A DNA stretch of 64,000 nt from Camelus dromedarius. Its lineage: Eukaryota. The DNA lies in assembly GCF_036321535.1 (NCBI RefSeq), contig NC_087437.1, positions 38,938,001 through 39,002,000 of the forward strand, read 5' to 3'. The position numbers and the translations under genes are program-made. The notes under the pieces are model-generated. The model saw only the letters and a list, made by a program, of their open reading frames with translations. It made no database searches and was not told the DNA's origin. Shown here piece by piece: positions 37,466 to 50,900 of this stretch (its first letter is position 1; the number at the start of each line of letters is the position of its first letter).

Positions 37466-39694
37466 TACTTGTGAAGTGATTTTTGGGCCACAGTAATGAC
37501 TTTGCCAGTTTACTGGTTTTGGCAGACTGAAAATCTAGATGAATGCAAATTATTTACTTATTTTTTTGACAAGTTAATGTAATAGGGAATTACTTGCATC
37601 TTCATCTAAAACTGGAGATCTGATAAATTAAAATATCTAGAGTCAGAGTAGACATGGGTTGCTTTTATTATAGGCTAAAGTTTACCTTATTTGACATGTA
37701 TGGGGAGAAAAGGAAGTTTAGAAAATGAACCAGATGACATTTCAGAAATGGAGAAAAGAATCCAATCCCAGAGAGAGAAAGGACATGCTAATAAATGAGA
37801 GAAACGCTTGAAGTTGATAATGATTATAAAATTGCTGATCTACTTAACCCATGTGAAAAATCTGCCTCTAATAAGGAAAAATGAAGAAAATGAATTTGGA
37901 CAATTAGGAAGTAATGAAGAGCTTTCTAAAATAACTATTGATTAAAGGAATCAAAGGGAATACTTTGAAGATCTGAACACATGCAAATCAAGCTAGATAG
38001 CTGGTGGTGAAACAGTCTCCTTTTTAATTCTGTGGATCGAGGCAGAACAACTTGGAGCTTCATTAACTGATTTGTATCACATGCAAAGTGACTCCTTTTC
38101 TCCTCAGCACTTACTCCGTCTTCCCTTTCCCTGGTAAGAAGTTGAGTTATAATGTGCCTAATGGTTGGATGCTAAGACTCTGAGCTCTTCTTATTTCTTT
38201 AATCTATATATTCATTCATTCATTTATTCATTCATTCTTCTAGTCAGTCTTCCAGTTAGTCAGTAGCTATTAATACATCAGGCTATGTGCTAGGTACTGC
38301 AGACACCAAAACAAATACAGCATCCTTAGTGTGGTGGGAAATAGAGACCAGGAAATCAGTGATTGTAACATCTCTCGCAAGTGCTATGCTGGAGGATGGT
38401 TCTGTCCCAGAGAACACAGGAGAACAGGAGAGCGTTGCTCTGTGTGATGCAAGGAGATAAATGAAGTTTTATGAGAAGATTTGAAAATAAAAAATACAAC
38501 TTAGTCTTAAGATAAACAGAACAATAATATGAAATGGGGCATAGGAAATAAACTGTTTCCCAGAGACATTAAAAGCAAAGCAAGTTCAAGGAACAATAAT
38601 AATACAAGTAGTTCTCTTGGCTACAGTAAGAGATGCACATGGGACATGGCAAAAAAACGTGGCTTCGCTTATGTCCAGGGCAGCAGTTTCTTAATTTTTC
38701 TTCGTCCAGCCAAACTGGCTCTTCCAGAACCTTATGCAGAGGTGGTTACTGGATCTTCAAGGACTGTGTCTTCCTTAAATCAGGTTCACTGAACAGACAG
38801 TTTAGCAGACAGAGTTTCTTGAACATAGAACACTGCTGGTTGGTACTCTATCCCTAGGCCAGAGTCCCCAGCTGTCTCCATTACTTCAAAGAGTGATATT
38901 TATGCACCTCAAAAATGGAGTGTTGCTGGAATGCTATCCAGTGACATGAAAAACCCTCACAAGTTCTGGGGTTGAAGTTAGGTCACACCAGTGACCACTT
39001 GCACTGTATTGGAGAAGTCATTTTATATCCCTGAGCTTTGATGTCACCATTTGTAAAATAATAATGCCTCTAATTTTCCTGACCACCTTCCATGAACCAG
39101 GCACTATTCTATATTTACATGGATGAAATTATTAATCCTTACAACAAGTCTATGAGGTTAATACTCTTTATTTGTCCCATTTTTGTATCCAGCTGAAGCA
39201 TCCCAACCTATCCAAAGATCAGACAACTGGGAAGTAGGGGATCTGGCATCCATGTCCAAGTGCTCTGGCTCAGCGTCTGCAAGCTTAAGCTTTAAGCCAT
39301 GGCCTCTTTGTAATAATCCTTGACATAATTATCTGTTAGTCGTGTTGTTATCTGTGAGAGTCATATGAGGTGATCTGTAAGGTAGAAAGCGTTATCCAAC
39401 CATTACTTCTTTTTGTTGACTGTAAATTCCTGGAGGATCTTTAAGGGAAGTGCACACAGTGACGTGGGAAAGGCTTCTGCTGTTTCTTCGGTTCCCATCC
39501 TGTGGGAAATCTGAGCAAACCTTGGGTGTTGGGTCACCAGTGGTTTTCAAGCAGCCAGTAGGTTCCAGTCAAGGAGTCCAATGAGCTCTCACCATGATAG
39601 ATCTCATCTGTTCTATGAGCAGGTAGAATAGGAGATTGGACCAAAGTATTTTCTTAAGACGCCGTGTCTCCAAGAACATTTTGAATTGGAGAAA

Positions 39695-40160
39695 TGGTAT
39701 AGATTGAATTGTATCACCCCAAATTTGTATTTTGAAATCCTAACCCCATAGTAGTTCAGAATGTGACCTCATTTAGAAATACGATTTTGCAGATATAATT
39801 AGTTCAGGTGCTATCATACTGAAGTAAGGTGGGACCCTAATCCAGTATGACTGGTGTCCTTATGAAAAGGGGGATTTGGACGTAGAGGCATGCACACAGG
39901 GAGAATACCATGGGAAGATGCGGGCAGAGATCAGGGTGATGCATTTATAAGCCAAAGAGTGTCAAGGATTGCCAGCAAAGCACCCGAAGCTGGAAGAGAG
40001 GCATGGGAAGGGTGTTCCCTGACAGTACACACAGGGAGGTCACCTGCTGACACTGTGCTTTTAGACGTCCAGTCCCTAGAACTGTGAGACAGTAGGTTTC
40101 TGTTGTTTAAGCTGCTCAGTTTGTGTTAGTTAGTTACAGCAGTCCTGGAAAACTAATCTA
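39695..40160 (+). mobile_element. MaLR LTR (MLT1B/C-like)
   Basis: cagaatgtgacctcatttagaaat, ccctaatccagtatgactggtgtcctta, gattgccagcaaa, gaactgtgagacag...tttctgttgtttaagc. Confidence 0.85.
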
Positions 40161-40994
40161 GGAAGTTTAGAAGACATTTTCTCTTTATCCACAGCTTCAT
40201 TTCGACAGTAGGCCTATTGAAACGAGGAAAATGGGGAGAAAGTGGCAGGGGGTTTATAAAGAGCAAATCATGCTAAGAAAACTTAATGGCTTATTTTAAT
40301 TGAGTTATAAAATTAGTGTGGGAAGAAGATATAATTTGGAAAAAATGCAAAGTCACTAATTGAACATGCTTATTAATCTGCGATACTAAATGAGCATTAC
40401 TAGGAGAGAGTATGAGATGAAATGCAGGTTATATTGTGGAGATAAATTGATATGCGTTCTTAGCATGAGCTGATAGGGTAAAATTCAGAATTACTTTGTT
40501 CATCATAGAGATGCATTGCCTTAGAGACTTAAGCCCTCAGCAGGGTTCTAGCAAGTCCATAGTAAGGCGACTGCATTGTGCTTTCTATAACTTGACAGAA
40601 GGTTTTGGCAGTATTGGCTGGAATTGAGACAAGTACAGTAAAGGGACAGATAGACCATTGATGAGGAAAGTAAAGAAATTACTTTTGGACATCTTCCTGT
40701 GGGCCTAGTAAAGGGCCATCTTATTTGGAATCCATACAGAAGGTTTACTACCCTGACACTGATTTGAAAATAGAAGCCTTGGCAATGCTTTTACTAACAT
40801 ACCCTTCTAGGTATGCTCTGCATGGCTGGTGTTAGCAACCATAAGATGCAGTTTAAAAAAGAGAGCATGAGAATTGCCTGATATTGCAAGTATGACAACC
40901 TTAGGAGAGGATGACCTAGCACCATCCAGGTCATTTGATTCTGCGGGGTGTAATTAGTGATGGGCTAGAAAACGTTGAAGATGGATAGTAGTGA

Positions 40995-41250
40995 CAATAA
41001 TAGCTAACTCGTAAATAATGTTTTCTGTGTGTTAAGTGCCGTCCTAAATATTTATACATGTCAGTTCATTTGCTACTCATGACAGTCCCATAAGGTAAGT
41101 GCCATTGATTGTTCCCTTTTACAGTGACACATCTGACGTAAAGAGACGCTAAGTAACTTACGTGAGGTCGTACATATAGTCAATGATAGACCTGGGGTGT
41201 GGACTCGGGCAGCCTGGCTCCCGAGTTCGTCCTTTCAGTCATGATGTGAT
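40995..41250 (-). mobile_element. MIR SINE
   Basis: taatagctaac..., ccctttacag, ctaagtaactt...ggtc, gggcagcctggctcc. Confidence 0.7.
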
Positions 41251-43876
41251 GCTGTTTCTTTAAAATGTAATAGCGCCCCTGATATGAAAAATATAGTTGA
41301 TATCATTTCCCTGAAAGGGACATAAGGGATTTATAGTTTATTTTTAGCACTTAAACCTGGTCAGTATGCTGAGAAAACAATCTTCCTGCAAAAAGTATGG
41401 GCTAAATGATTTTCTTTAAAGCTTTACTCGTTATATACATACGTATGAGGGACTCTTGGAACCTGTGTGAGAAATATACAGCTCTGCTGTTGAAAAGGCT
41501 ACATTCTTGTTACAGAGATGGGAAAACAGATCATTATCATGTGATGAATGGTGTTCTTAGAAATACACTAAAAGAGACCCAGGAACCAAGTCATGGTGGG
41601 GAGCTGGACTTGAGGAGTTATGCAAATAAGATGCATATTAATACTGTGCTGCTCATTATTGCCAAGCTGATAGTTTGAATCTCAACTCCTCAGCTATATA
41701 ATGCCACTGAAGATACTAAGATGAGCATCTTTATGTAAAAATGTATTTAAAACATATAGCTGTAATACAATGGAAAGAGATTGAAAATCCAAAGGAAAGG
41801 AAAATGTTATGTCATTGAAATGGCCAATTCTTGCATGTAGTCATTTGTCATTTCTTCTTTTTCATTGCTTGCTGCCAAAAGGTTTTTGTTGTTTTTGTTG
41901 CTGTTATAGTTTCTTTAAATATCAGACTTCTGTTATTCTATCAGGTACACAATAAAACTTAAAAATGCCCTTTTTGATTTTTTGACTATTGTAAGTCCCA
42001 TTTTCTCTTAAGAAACTTGATAAGCGTAGTTTGAAGGAAGAAATTTGGATAAAAAAGTTAACATGCTATTTTGCAAAAATCAATACTGTTCATTTTTTGG
42101 GGGGAATAGCATAACTGAGCTTTTGCATGCCATTTGAATTTGAATTTGTGTGTCGGGGGTGGGGGCTGGGGTGGAAGGTTAGATTTTATTTAGGGTTATT
42201 TATATCTGGGCATAGTGAACTAGGCAAGAATTAACAGCATGACCGTCAGTAATTGGGATGTATCACTTAATTTGGATGGTGCAACTTCATTTCTTAGACA
42301 TTTTTGAAACCATAAATTCCTTAGTCTATTGTAAAAGCCGACTAATACCAGCTGTAGATGGAATGGAGTGTCCACATTTCTCCATTAGCGTTTAGGCTGG
42401 TTAGTGTTAGAAACTATCAGTATGATAAACACTCATTAAAATTCCCTATAGTGATCAGGGTGCTGGGTAGAGAAAAATGAAACTTCTCTTCAGGAGTCTC
42501 TGCTTTCAGGGCAGTCCAGTGAGGCTGCATTCGGGGAGTGCAGGGAGGAGGAGGAGGAAGCTCCTGGTGGGTCTGCTACCTCGGTGATGTCCTCCCAACA
42601 AGGGGGTCCTGGGGACCCAGTCAACCTGGTCATGGAATTTTTGAGGGTTATTTAAAGGTCCATTTCCTGAAAAAGGCAAAGTAGGAGACTGGAGGAGATA
42701 AAGCCAGAAGTCAAATTCCAGGGAAGATAAAGGGTGGAGAGTATTGATGGGAAGAGAATTGAGAGACTAGACGATACTGAAGGTGCAAACTTCACTGCAG
42801 ATTCGAGTCTTTTCTCACCAGGAGCATCTGTGTAGGGCGCCCTCTTCCTTACTGTCAAGCTAGTATAAAGCTGGATGTGTGGGAAATAATGCCTTATTAT
42901 TATATTTTTTAAACATGAATAATCTGCTTTACTATATTTCTCAAAATGTATTCTCTAGATCACTGTTTCCATTGGATTTTAAGGAGTGTTGCAGGAAATG
43001 AAGTTTCTCTGTTCAAATAAGTTTGGAAAATTCTTTGTCAAATAGCCTTACACTCTGTTCATTCTTGTAGGATTTTCCAGAGCCTTCAGTGTGCTAAGGT
43101 GTATTGTGACTCTCAGAAGTGTATCTAGACTCCTGTGCATTCCAAACCCGTGACTGAATATCCCTTTTATGAGGGTATCTTGAAATATTATTATTTTTGA
43201 TACAATTTTTTGATTAATATTCTTCAAATATTATCATTTTGTAGGACCCAATTGCTCTGGGGGATATATATGTGTGTATGCATAGATATATATATGTATA
43301 TATGTATCTACATTGGCAAAATTGAAAATAAAAAAGCTAAAACCTTTTTCTAATCTGTTCAACTAATAATGTTATATTTATATAATAGTTAAAAAAAAAA
43401 CATACATTTAACAGGATGCTTTCCCATATGTTATCTCAGCTCAGCCTCACAACCACTCTTCATATTATTCATAAATTAGAATTGAAGTGATAGAAACTCA
43501 GAAAGCGTAACTGATGTGCCTGAGTCACAGCTTGTTAGCAGCTGAGCCAAGGCTTTAACTCAGATCTTTAACTCCAGTGTTTTATGGCACTGATTTGTAT
43601 TGTCCCACAGCTGCCTGGGGATAAGCGGGACTTGCCGTGGGCCCCAATAAACACTTTTTGTTTTTCGGCTATAATATGAATTGTCCTGGGATAATTAAGT
43701 GGAAGGGGCAGAGTGGGGTTGGGGAATTCTCTCTCCTCTTTCTCCATTCAGGCCCTCATGCAGTTTTCATAATTTATATTTTTCTCTTTTCTCTCCTTCA
43801 TCCATCAGAACTTAGCTCCATTGCTTGTACTAGTAAACAACTTCAAGCTAAAGTTGGAAACTACTGATCTAACATA

Positions 43877-44024
43877 CAGTCCACCCTCCATATCTTTGGG
43901 TTCTGCATCCACGGATACGGAGGGCCAACTGGACCAAGCCATTTCATTTAAGGGACTTGAGTACCTGTGGATTTTGGTGCCCTTGGTGGGGTCCTGGAAC
44001 CAGTACCCCATGGAGGGATGGCTG
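43877..44024 (-). mobile_element. Short MER2-like (Tigger/TcMar) DNA transposon derivative
   Basis: TA then cagtccaccctccatatc terminus; aagggacttgagtacctgtggattttggt...gggtcctggaacca is reverse MER2. Confidence 0.75.
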
Positions 44025-44505
44025 GAGTAGCTTAACCGAAGTGGTGACTGAGTTCTGGAAGTCAGCAGGTAGTGCGGTCTTGTCATCCAGGGGAGCTTTG
44101 AAGAATGCTCTGAGTGTACTGTGTATCCTACTGTTCATGCTCTTTCCATCCAGAGGTGCAGAGCTAGCTTCGTCTGTCCCCTCCTGGACAAATAGTAGAG
44201 GTTGGTGGCTATTCACTTCTTCACTACTGCCATCAAGTGAAAAAGCTCTTGTCAAATTTGTTCCAAGCCCATAATGCCAAGGTCTGAGTTTCTGACTAGG
44301 CATCATACTGCCTTTTCCACCTACCACCCTCCTGTCCCTTGCTGCCGTACATATTCTACTATAAACTAACTTTTTAAATCTCTATTTTATTAAATACATC
44401 TCTCTTGACCTTCATAATGCCCAAGAGGATAGTTACAATCATAATGAATATATTTACCATTGAGATGAATGCCCCAAATCAAAAGTTTATGAGAAAAGGA
44501 AGAGA

Positions 44506-45177
44506 TACGGTAAAGAACACAACCTTATGCAAAAAGACTCTGTCCTTTGACCTCAGCTTTAGGGAGGTAATCTCTAGACCCTTGGAATATAATTATATGA
44601 TAGGAATATTTACCTAGGGGTCTTGGGTCACTGGATAGTCTAACAATATGACATAGGGTGGGGACTGGGCACACCTGGATAGTCTTAGGTTGAGGTCTTG
44701 CCACATCTGAAAGACCAACAATGTGACTTATGGTAGGGGCTTCGGGTCACTATCAGAGGAACTGGAGATTGGAGACTGAAATCAACTAAGTGGGCAATCA
44801 GTCAGTCAATCAATCATGCCCACGTAATGGAGTTTCCATAAAAACTCTGAACATAGAGCTCCGCTGTGCTTCCCTGATTGGCAGCAGTCCATGCATATTG
44901 TCACACACTGATGTCAGCAAAGTAACATGTTCTGGTTCTACAAGGAGAGGAGGATGGAAGGTCCCTTTTTGATACTTCCTGACTCCACCCTATGCACGTC
45001 TTTCCTTGGCTGATTTGAATACAGTAGCTTTTAGTACTTTTTGTGAGTCCTTCTAATAAATTATTGGACATGAGGGTGATTTTGGGAACCCTTTGACCTT
45101 GGAGTTAGTGTCAGAAATGAGAGTGGTTCTTGTGGGGACAGTTCCCTCTAAATTGTCAGCTGGATTAAACTCTCTCA
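44506..45177 (+). mobile_element. MER21-like solo LTR
   Basis: ggtaaagaa...gggaggtaatctctagacccttggaat, caatcaatcatgcccacgtaatgga, ttcccttggctgatt-like motif; ends ctctca. Confidence 0.75.
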
Positions 45178-46153
45178 GAAGGGGACTCTCTTCTTGCGTC
45201 TCTTCTCCTTCAAGAATAAAGTGCTTTGGGTCTCTGTTCTTTCTAGTGAGTGTGGGGCACGAAGGAAATTAAGTAGCATTCTGCAGCTGCTTTAGGTGGG
45301 TAGAATGATATTGGATGAAGGCTTTCCTCATCACTGATGAGAATGGTAGTATCTGGACTGCCTAAGTGGGTTGGAAGTAATGGTTTAACCCATCTGTTTT
45401 TGAATCAATTGGCAAACCACAGAAGACAAGTGTAAAAATAACATGTTTATAGTCTGTTAATTCTGAACAACGCCTGAGACTGAGGGGTGTGGGGGAGGGG
45501 AGAGTAAAGTACATGAGACCTGAGATTTTAAGAACCTGCCTGCATTTTTAATGAACATTTGTTGAAGTCGTTGTAATGGTTTAAAATTGTTTTAGAAAAA
45601 TAAAATAAAATAAAATGGTTTTAGGGACTGCTTCAGAACATTTGACTGGAGATTTAGTTATGTCACTTAAATAAAGGCAATTTTTTTCATTCTGACAGAG
45701 GAGATGATATGTTTTGTTCTGTTGTGAGTTCTCATGACCCCTGCTTAGCTTTCATTTATCACAAATCATCTTCTCCAGGATACTGCAATTGCTGCATTGT
45801 TGAGTTGCTTATATTACATCTAACCTTGGCAAAGGGTCAAAATAAATCTGTGAATTAAGCAAGAATACATTACAGCTGGCTGAAGAATGTGTCAGGAATA
45901 CCTGAACAGAAAACTAAAGCTACTTTTCCCTACAGTCTGTGTACAAGTTGATGGGACTCCTTTTCCACCTATTTGGAGTTAATAGAGAAATACTGTTCTT
46001 CCTTTTGGTCCTAATGTGAGAAATGTCCATTGTGAGTAGAGCACTCTCATGAAATAGAGAAAGCACGTGGTTGCTGGCCTTGGGTTACTCACATGTGCAA
46101 AGGAGGACAGTCTCAGATAGGCCTCAGCTGTGATGATTTCCACCCAGAAGACA

Positions 46154-46176
46154 TACACACACACACACACACACAC
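46154..46176. repeat. (CA)n microsatellite
   Basis: Directly visible. Confidence 0.9.
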
Positions 46177-47764
46177 TGAGAAACTCACATACCTTGACTA
46201 TATAAATGTGTAGTTGACAATGAGTTAGAGAAGGTCTGCACATCAGGTACCTCAATGGTAACTTCATTGTTAACTTAGAGAATTATGGATAATGCTGATG
46301 GCACCAATAGAGGAAGCCACATGGCAAAGGACTACAAGAAGAAGAGTGAGCAAGATGGAAATTAAAATTGAACGGAAGCAGATCAAACAAAAGACTTATA
46401 CTGGAGGAAATGGGAATTGACTCATACGCTAATGTAAGAAATATACAAAATAATATATTAGACATATCTTGAAAAATGTGATTCAAAGTCCTTTCTTTTT
46501 TGAGTTTTTTCCTTATTTAGATAGTCCTACTTTATGACAGTGGCACAATTAAAGAAGGAAAAATGTGTTTTCCATGTGTCCTCTGAAAATTTTTTTCATG
46601 ACAAGCAGTGATCAAAATTTTATAAATACATCAGGGAAAATAAAATCCTTGAGGATGAAGAAGGCTTTTTCATAGCCTATTAATAAATAAGAAAAGTTAG
46701 GTAATAAGGAAATTAAAGCTGAACAAACCTAATAGTTTTATAAACAGGAAATGACAGATGACGTTTTGCGTGATTCAAAGTCCTTTTTGTACTGAAAAAG
46801 AATGAATAAGTCTAATGAAGTCACTGACATGATACTTAAAGGGTATCCTGCAACTCTGTTGAGATGTTACATATTCATTTATTCATTCATTCAACAGATC
46901 ATTATGCCTGATACTTAGCTAAATCTTTTGACCGTAAGGGTTAAATGCTCTTAGGGTTTAACCTAGGAGCAAGGAAAGGGAATTTTCTTGATGGTTAAGA
47001 GAAATGGTTCAATGTCTTCTGAAGCTTTAAGCCGAAGCTAGTAGTAAATATTTCATTGCCTTCTTAAATATTTTGAAATCCTTCTAAAATGTACATGACC
47101 TTAAGGTAATCACATTTTTCGGAGAATAAGAACAGTCTTCAGCCATTCTGGATCAGTTGTATTTTACTATCATGGAATAGTAAATATTCATTCAGTTCAA
47201 GAAAAATAATGGCACAACAACAACCAAACAACGTTTAAAAACGAGGGAAGATGGTCCTCATCATACCCAAAGATCCACTGTTACTGTCAGAAACTTCCCT
47301 CTTTGTTTAAAAAGGGGATATTCCCTACTCTGTTGTGTAGAAACATAGAATACACTCTCCTGGCCCTGAGTCCTGGAAGAAGTAATCAGGTTGGACAGAA
47401 AACAGACTTCCAGGAGATTTCTAGTGGCTTTAAACTGTATTATGGTCCTTCTGGCTTCAATTTATCTTTGTTGTGAAATGCCACTTGTGGGAACCAGATG
47501 GAAATCAGTAGTTGAGACTCAATATTGTGATTCTAAACAGGCTTTTATGTTAAAGACAGTTTTGGGATACCTGATGATTAATAAAGAGAATGTATGTGTG
47601 CCACTTATTGAATTACACAAACATTTTTGCTAAGCAAAAAGAAAATGCATGAAATCCAACTTCAGAGGCTTAAAGTGGCTACTTCAGTCTATTTATTTGT
47701 TTTGGGGCATGATATTGAGCTCTACTTTATTTTTTTTTAAACACTTTTTTTCTTTTTTAATGAA

Positions 47765-47925
47765 AAAGGAACTTTCTGCCCAGGGAGGTAGTAAGTTTCC
47801 TCTCGCTGAAGATGTACATTTAGATTATGAATGACCAAGTGGTAGGATCAGCATAAGGAGCTTGCAAAGTCAGAGGAAAAAATGACCTTTAAGTCCACTT
47901 CAAAGTCCAAAGTTCTGTGGTCTCT
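47765..47925 (+). mobile_element. L3/CR1 LINE 3' end
   Basis: gggaggtagtaagtttcctctcgctgaagatgt ... atgacctttaagtccacttcaaagtccaaagttctgtg. Confidence 0.6.
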
Positions 47926-50900
47926 ACATAGTGACTTTGAGGCCAGGATTGAATCTTAGCGGCTTTTTATCTAGCCCCCAGCAAGGTGCCTGAAACAAAT
48001 TGAGCTTTAAATGTGCCTATTGAATGAGTGAATGAATAGATTAGTAAGAATTTTGTTTAGCCTGTTGTGGAGCTTTAAGTTTGAGGCTGCAAAATTAGGC
48101 TCAAAAGTTGATTTCTTTTTCTTTGAGTCATTTTGTCAGCCGTTTGGGTCCTTGTCTCAGGATGAACAGTCCTGCAAGGCTGTGGCTGTCTGATCAGCCC
48201 TGCTGGGCTTTCTCTGGGAAAGGTAGCTTAGTCTCAGTAAAGTTATCTTTTGAGAAATAAACTTTTTATTCAAATAAAACATTTCGATCAATCAGTCACC
48301 AACATTGGCATGTATTTTTAAAGATGTACAAACTGTGGGGCAAAATCAAAAGAAATATAAATACCTAGCTTCAAATTAAATGCCATTATTAAATTTCAGA
48401 AGCGATTAATCACTACCTAATCCTACTCTCGTATCCTCCCAGGGATTAAGTAACCAATTCATTCTACAATTTTTTTGGAGTTAACAATCTTCCCAGCTGC
48501 ATTCATGGCTTCACAGTGCTTTGGGGCTACAGAGCAACTTGGGCATCAAAGCTTTTATTTCAGTCTTTGATCCTTCTCTTCAGGTTAGACCTTTTTCTGC
48601 CTGCTTGCAATTTCTGAAAGAGAAGACATTAATAATTTGCCATCGGAAGACTTCCAATTTCATTCTCTTGTTTCTTTGTCTACTCTGCAACTTTTTCCCC
48701 CCACAAAAGGAAAAACAGTCTTTTTTGACACTATGTGCTTGGCTCTAGTAACTCAGAGAATTACAGAAGCCTGCCTACGTCTCTAGTATGACTGACTCCC
48801 TGTGTTGGCATTCCCACCTGCCCTGACCTGTTTCTCTTGCCTAATTCCTAACCCTGTAGCCAGCAGTTGTGAAGTTACTATGTGTTGAATTAAGATTCCA
48901 TTTTAATAATTCTTGCAGGATTACAGCAGTCATAATGGATAGTTTTAAGCTAGAATCTTTTAAAGAAAACCAATCTGACCTTCCTTGTACCTGAAAACAT
49001 TTAAGCAGAATAGAACTGAGTTTTAAAATGTGGATCTAGGGGATTGCTAAACAATAATTCAGTATGATTCCTTCCCATTGCAGGAACTCAGTATATATTT
49101 ATTATTGAATAAATGAGAGTGAGAATCTCAGATGCTTGCCATATTTCTCTTTCCTGATTTTAGAGAGAAATTGTTGGGTTAAAGGAAGAGAATATGCGTT
49201 TATGGCTTACGCTTCTTTTGTATCTCTCTAGAGGTGATCTTGGTACTTAGATGAAATTGTAATGGGCATTTGAAAATGAAATCTTTTTCCACATTGGCTT
49301 ATTTCAGACTGAAACTAGTTGGATGCAAATCTGCCTATCTAATCTTCTTAGTAAAAATTTGCTTTGATGTTGTGGTTTCATAGTCTAGATGTGCCTCTTT
49401 CTCATTATGTCTTCTGGCACACTGATATTTGGGGAGACATTTTCATTTCCTGTGCCGGCTTGACTAGGGATGGGTGGGGGAGGTGGGGGGGGGCAACAGG
49501 GATTGGTCTACCGGATGCCCCTGCTTGATAGTTGCTCACAAATGCCTGCATGCGTTGAATTGCATGTCTATATCTGCAGGCATAAACCTTTGGAAAGCAT
49601 CTCTGCCCAGGCCACCCTAGTGGCATTCTTTGTCTTCAGTTATGCCCCTTTAGGAGGCCTCTCTTAAGAGGCGTAAGTACAAAACATTTGCTCGTTACTG
49701 TTGGCAATTTAAATTCATACCAAATTTTTGTAATTAAAGTATTTTAAAAATTTCTATTTATTGTTTTATTTGCTGACAGTTTTCAGGTTAAAATGTGAAT
49801 GCTGAAGACAGTTTATAATTATTCAGATTCTCTAAAGTACTAAGATGCCAGTTTAAAATAGCAGAAATCATCTAGCCTTGCTATATGCTTTATCATAAAA
49901 TGTGACTTTTCCAATACAGCAAATATGCTTTTATATTTGAGAACAAGAAGAACACAGACATATTTTGAAGGTAAAACATTTGAAATGAAAAGGGTGAAAC
50001 TGAGAGAGATTTATTTGAAAAAGTCAAAGATATGGTGGGGGGAGTCTGCCAATTTTGTTTGTAGTTCTTCAAAGGTATTTCTTCAGGCTGGTTGCAGTTG
50101 CAAGAGGATTGATTAATCACGCTGAATGGCTTTATATTTTCAGTACTGAAATGGATGGGTGCTAGGCATAAGTACAAGATCGGATATAAAAGGGCCAGTC
50201 CACCACTATAGTTCATTTTAATATAAACCTCTAGGTGACCTCCAATTTCATATATAAAAGTTAAAATACATTTGGTGTTTAGTGTATACCATATGATAGT
50301 ATAAGTATTTTAGAAGAGAGGAGTTTGCATTTTTCTCCAAATCAAAATGGAAGGGACAGACTGAGATATGAGTGCATTTACTCCCCGTAGCAGCTCTATG
50401 AAAGAAGCATTATATTACCATTTTTGTTTTAGAGATGAGAAGATGGAGGCAAGGAGCAATAAAATAAATTGCCTGAGATTTAGTGTGTGTGTAGGTGATG
50501 GGGCTCAAAAGAAGAAACCATGATCTTAACATTTTTCTGCCTCTTAGTCTTAGACTTGATGCCCCTGTGAATTCGTTTTCGCAGTTGACGCCACTATGTT
50601 TCTGGTCCCACAAAGCTCTTGCCATCCACCTTGTCAGAGATCCCATAGTTTAACTGGACAATACAAATTTTCTTGCCTATGGCTTTTAAAATGACTCCTG
50701 GACAGCAGGAATATCTTCTATAGATTTGAAAAGATGTTTTAGGCTTTTATCACATTATAAATCATAGTTAATGCCATTTATCGGGAATTTTATTACCCAA
50801 ACATGCTCTTGCCACAGATTCAAATGCTTTATGGAGCCGATTTAAAATTGAGGATCTTCTGCCACTTTTCACTCTTTCTAAAAAGGAAACAGCAAAATGA

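Noticed and set aside
43805..44327. Cluster of four ORFs up to 127 aa
   Set aside because: Overlap a MER2-like element; no homology or splice support
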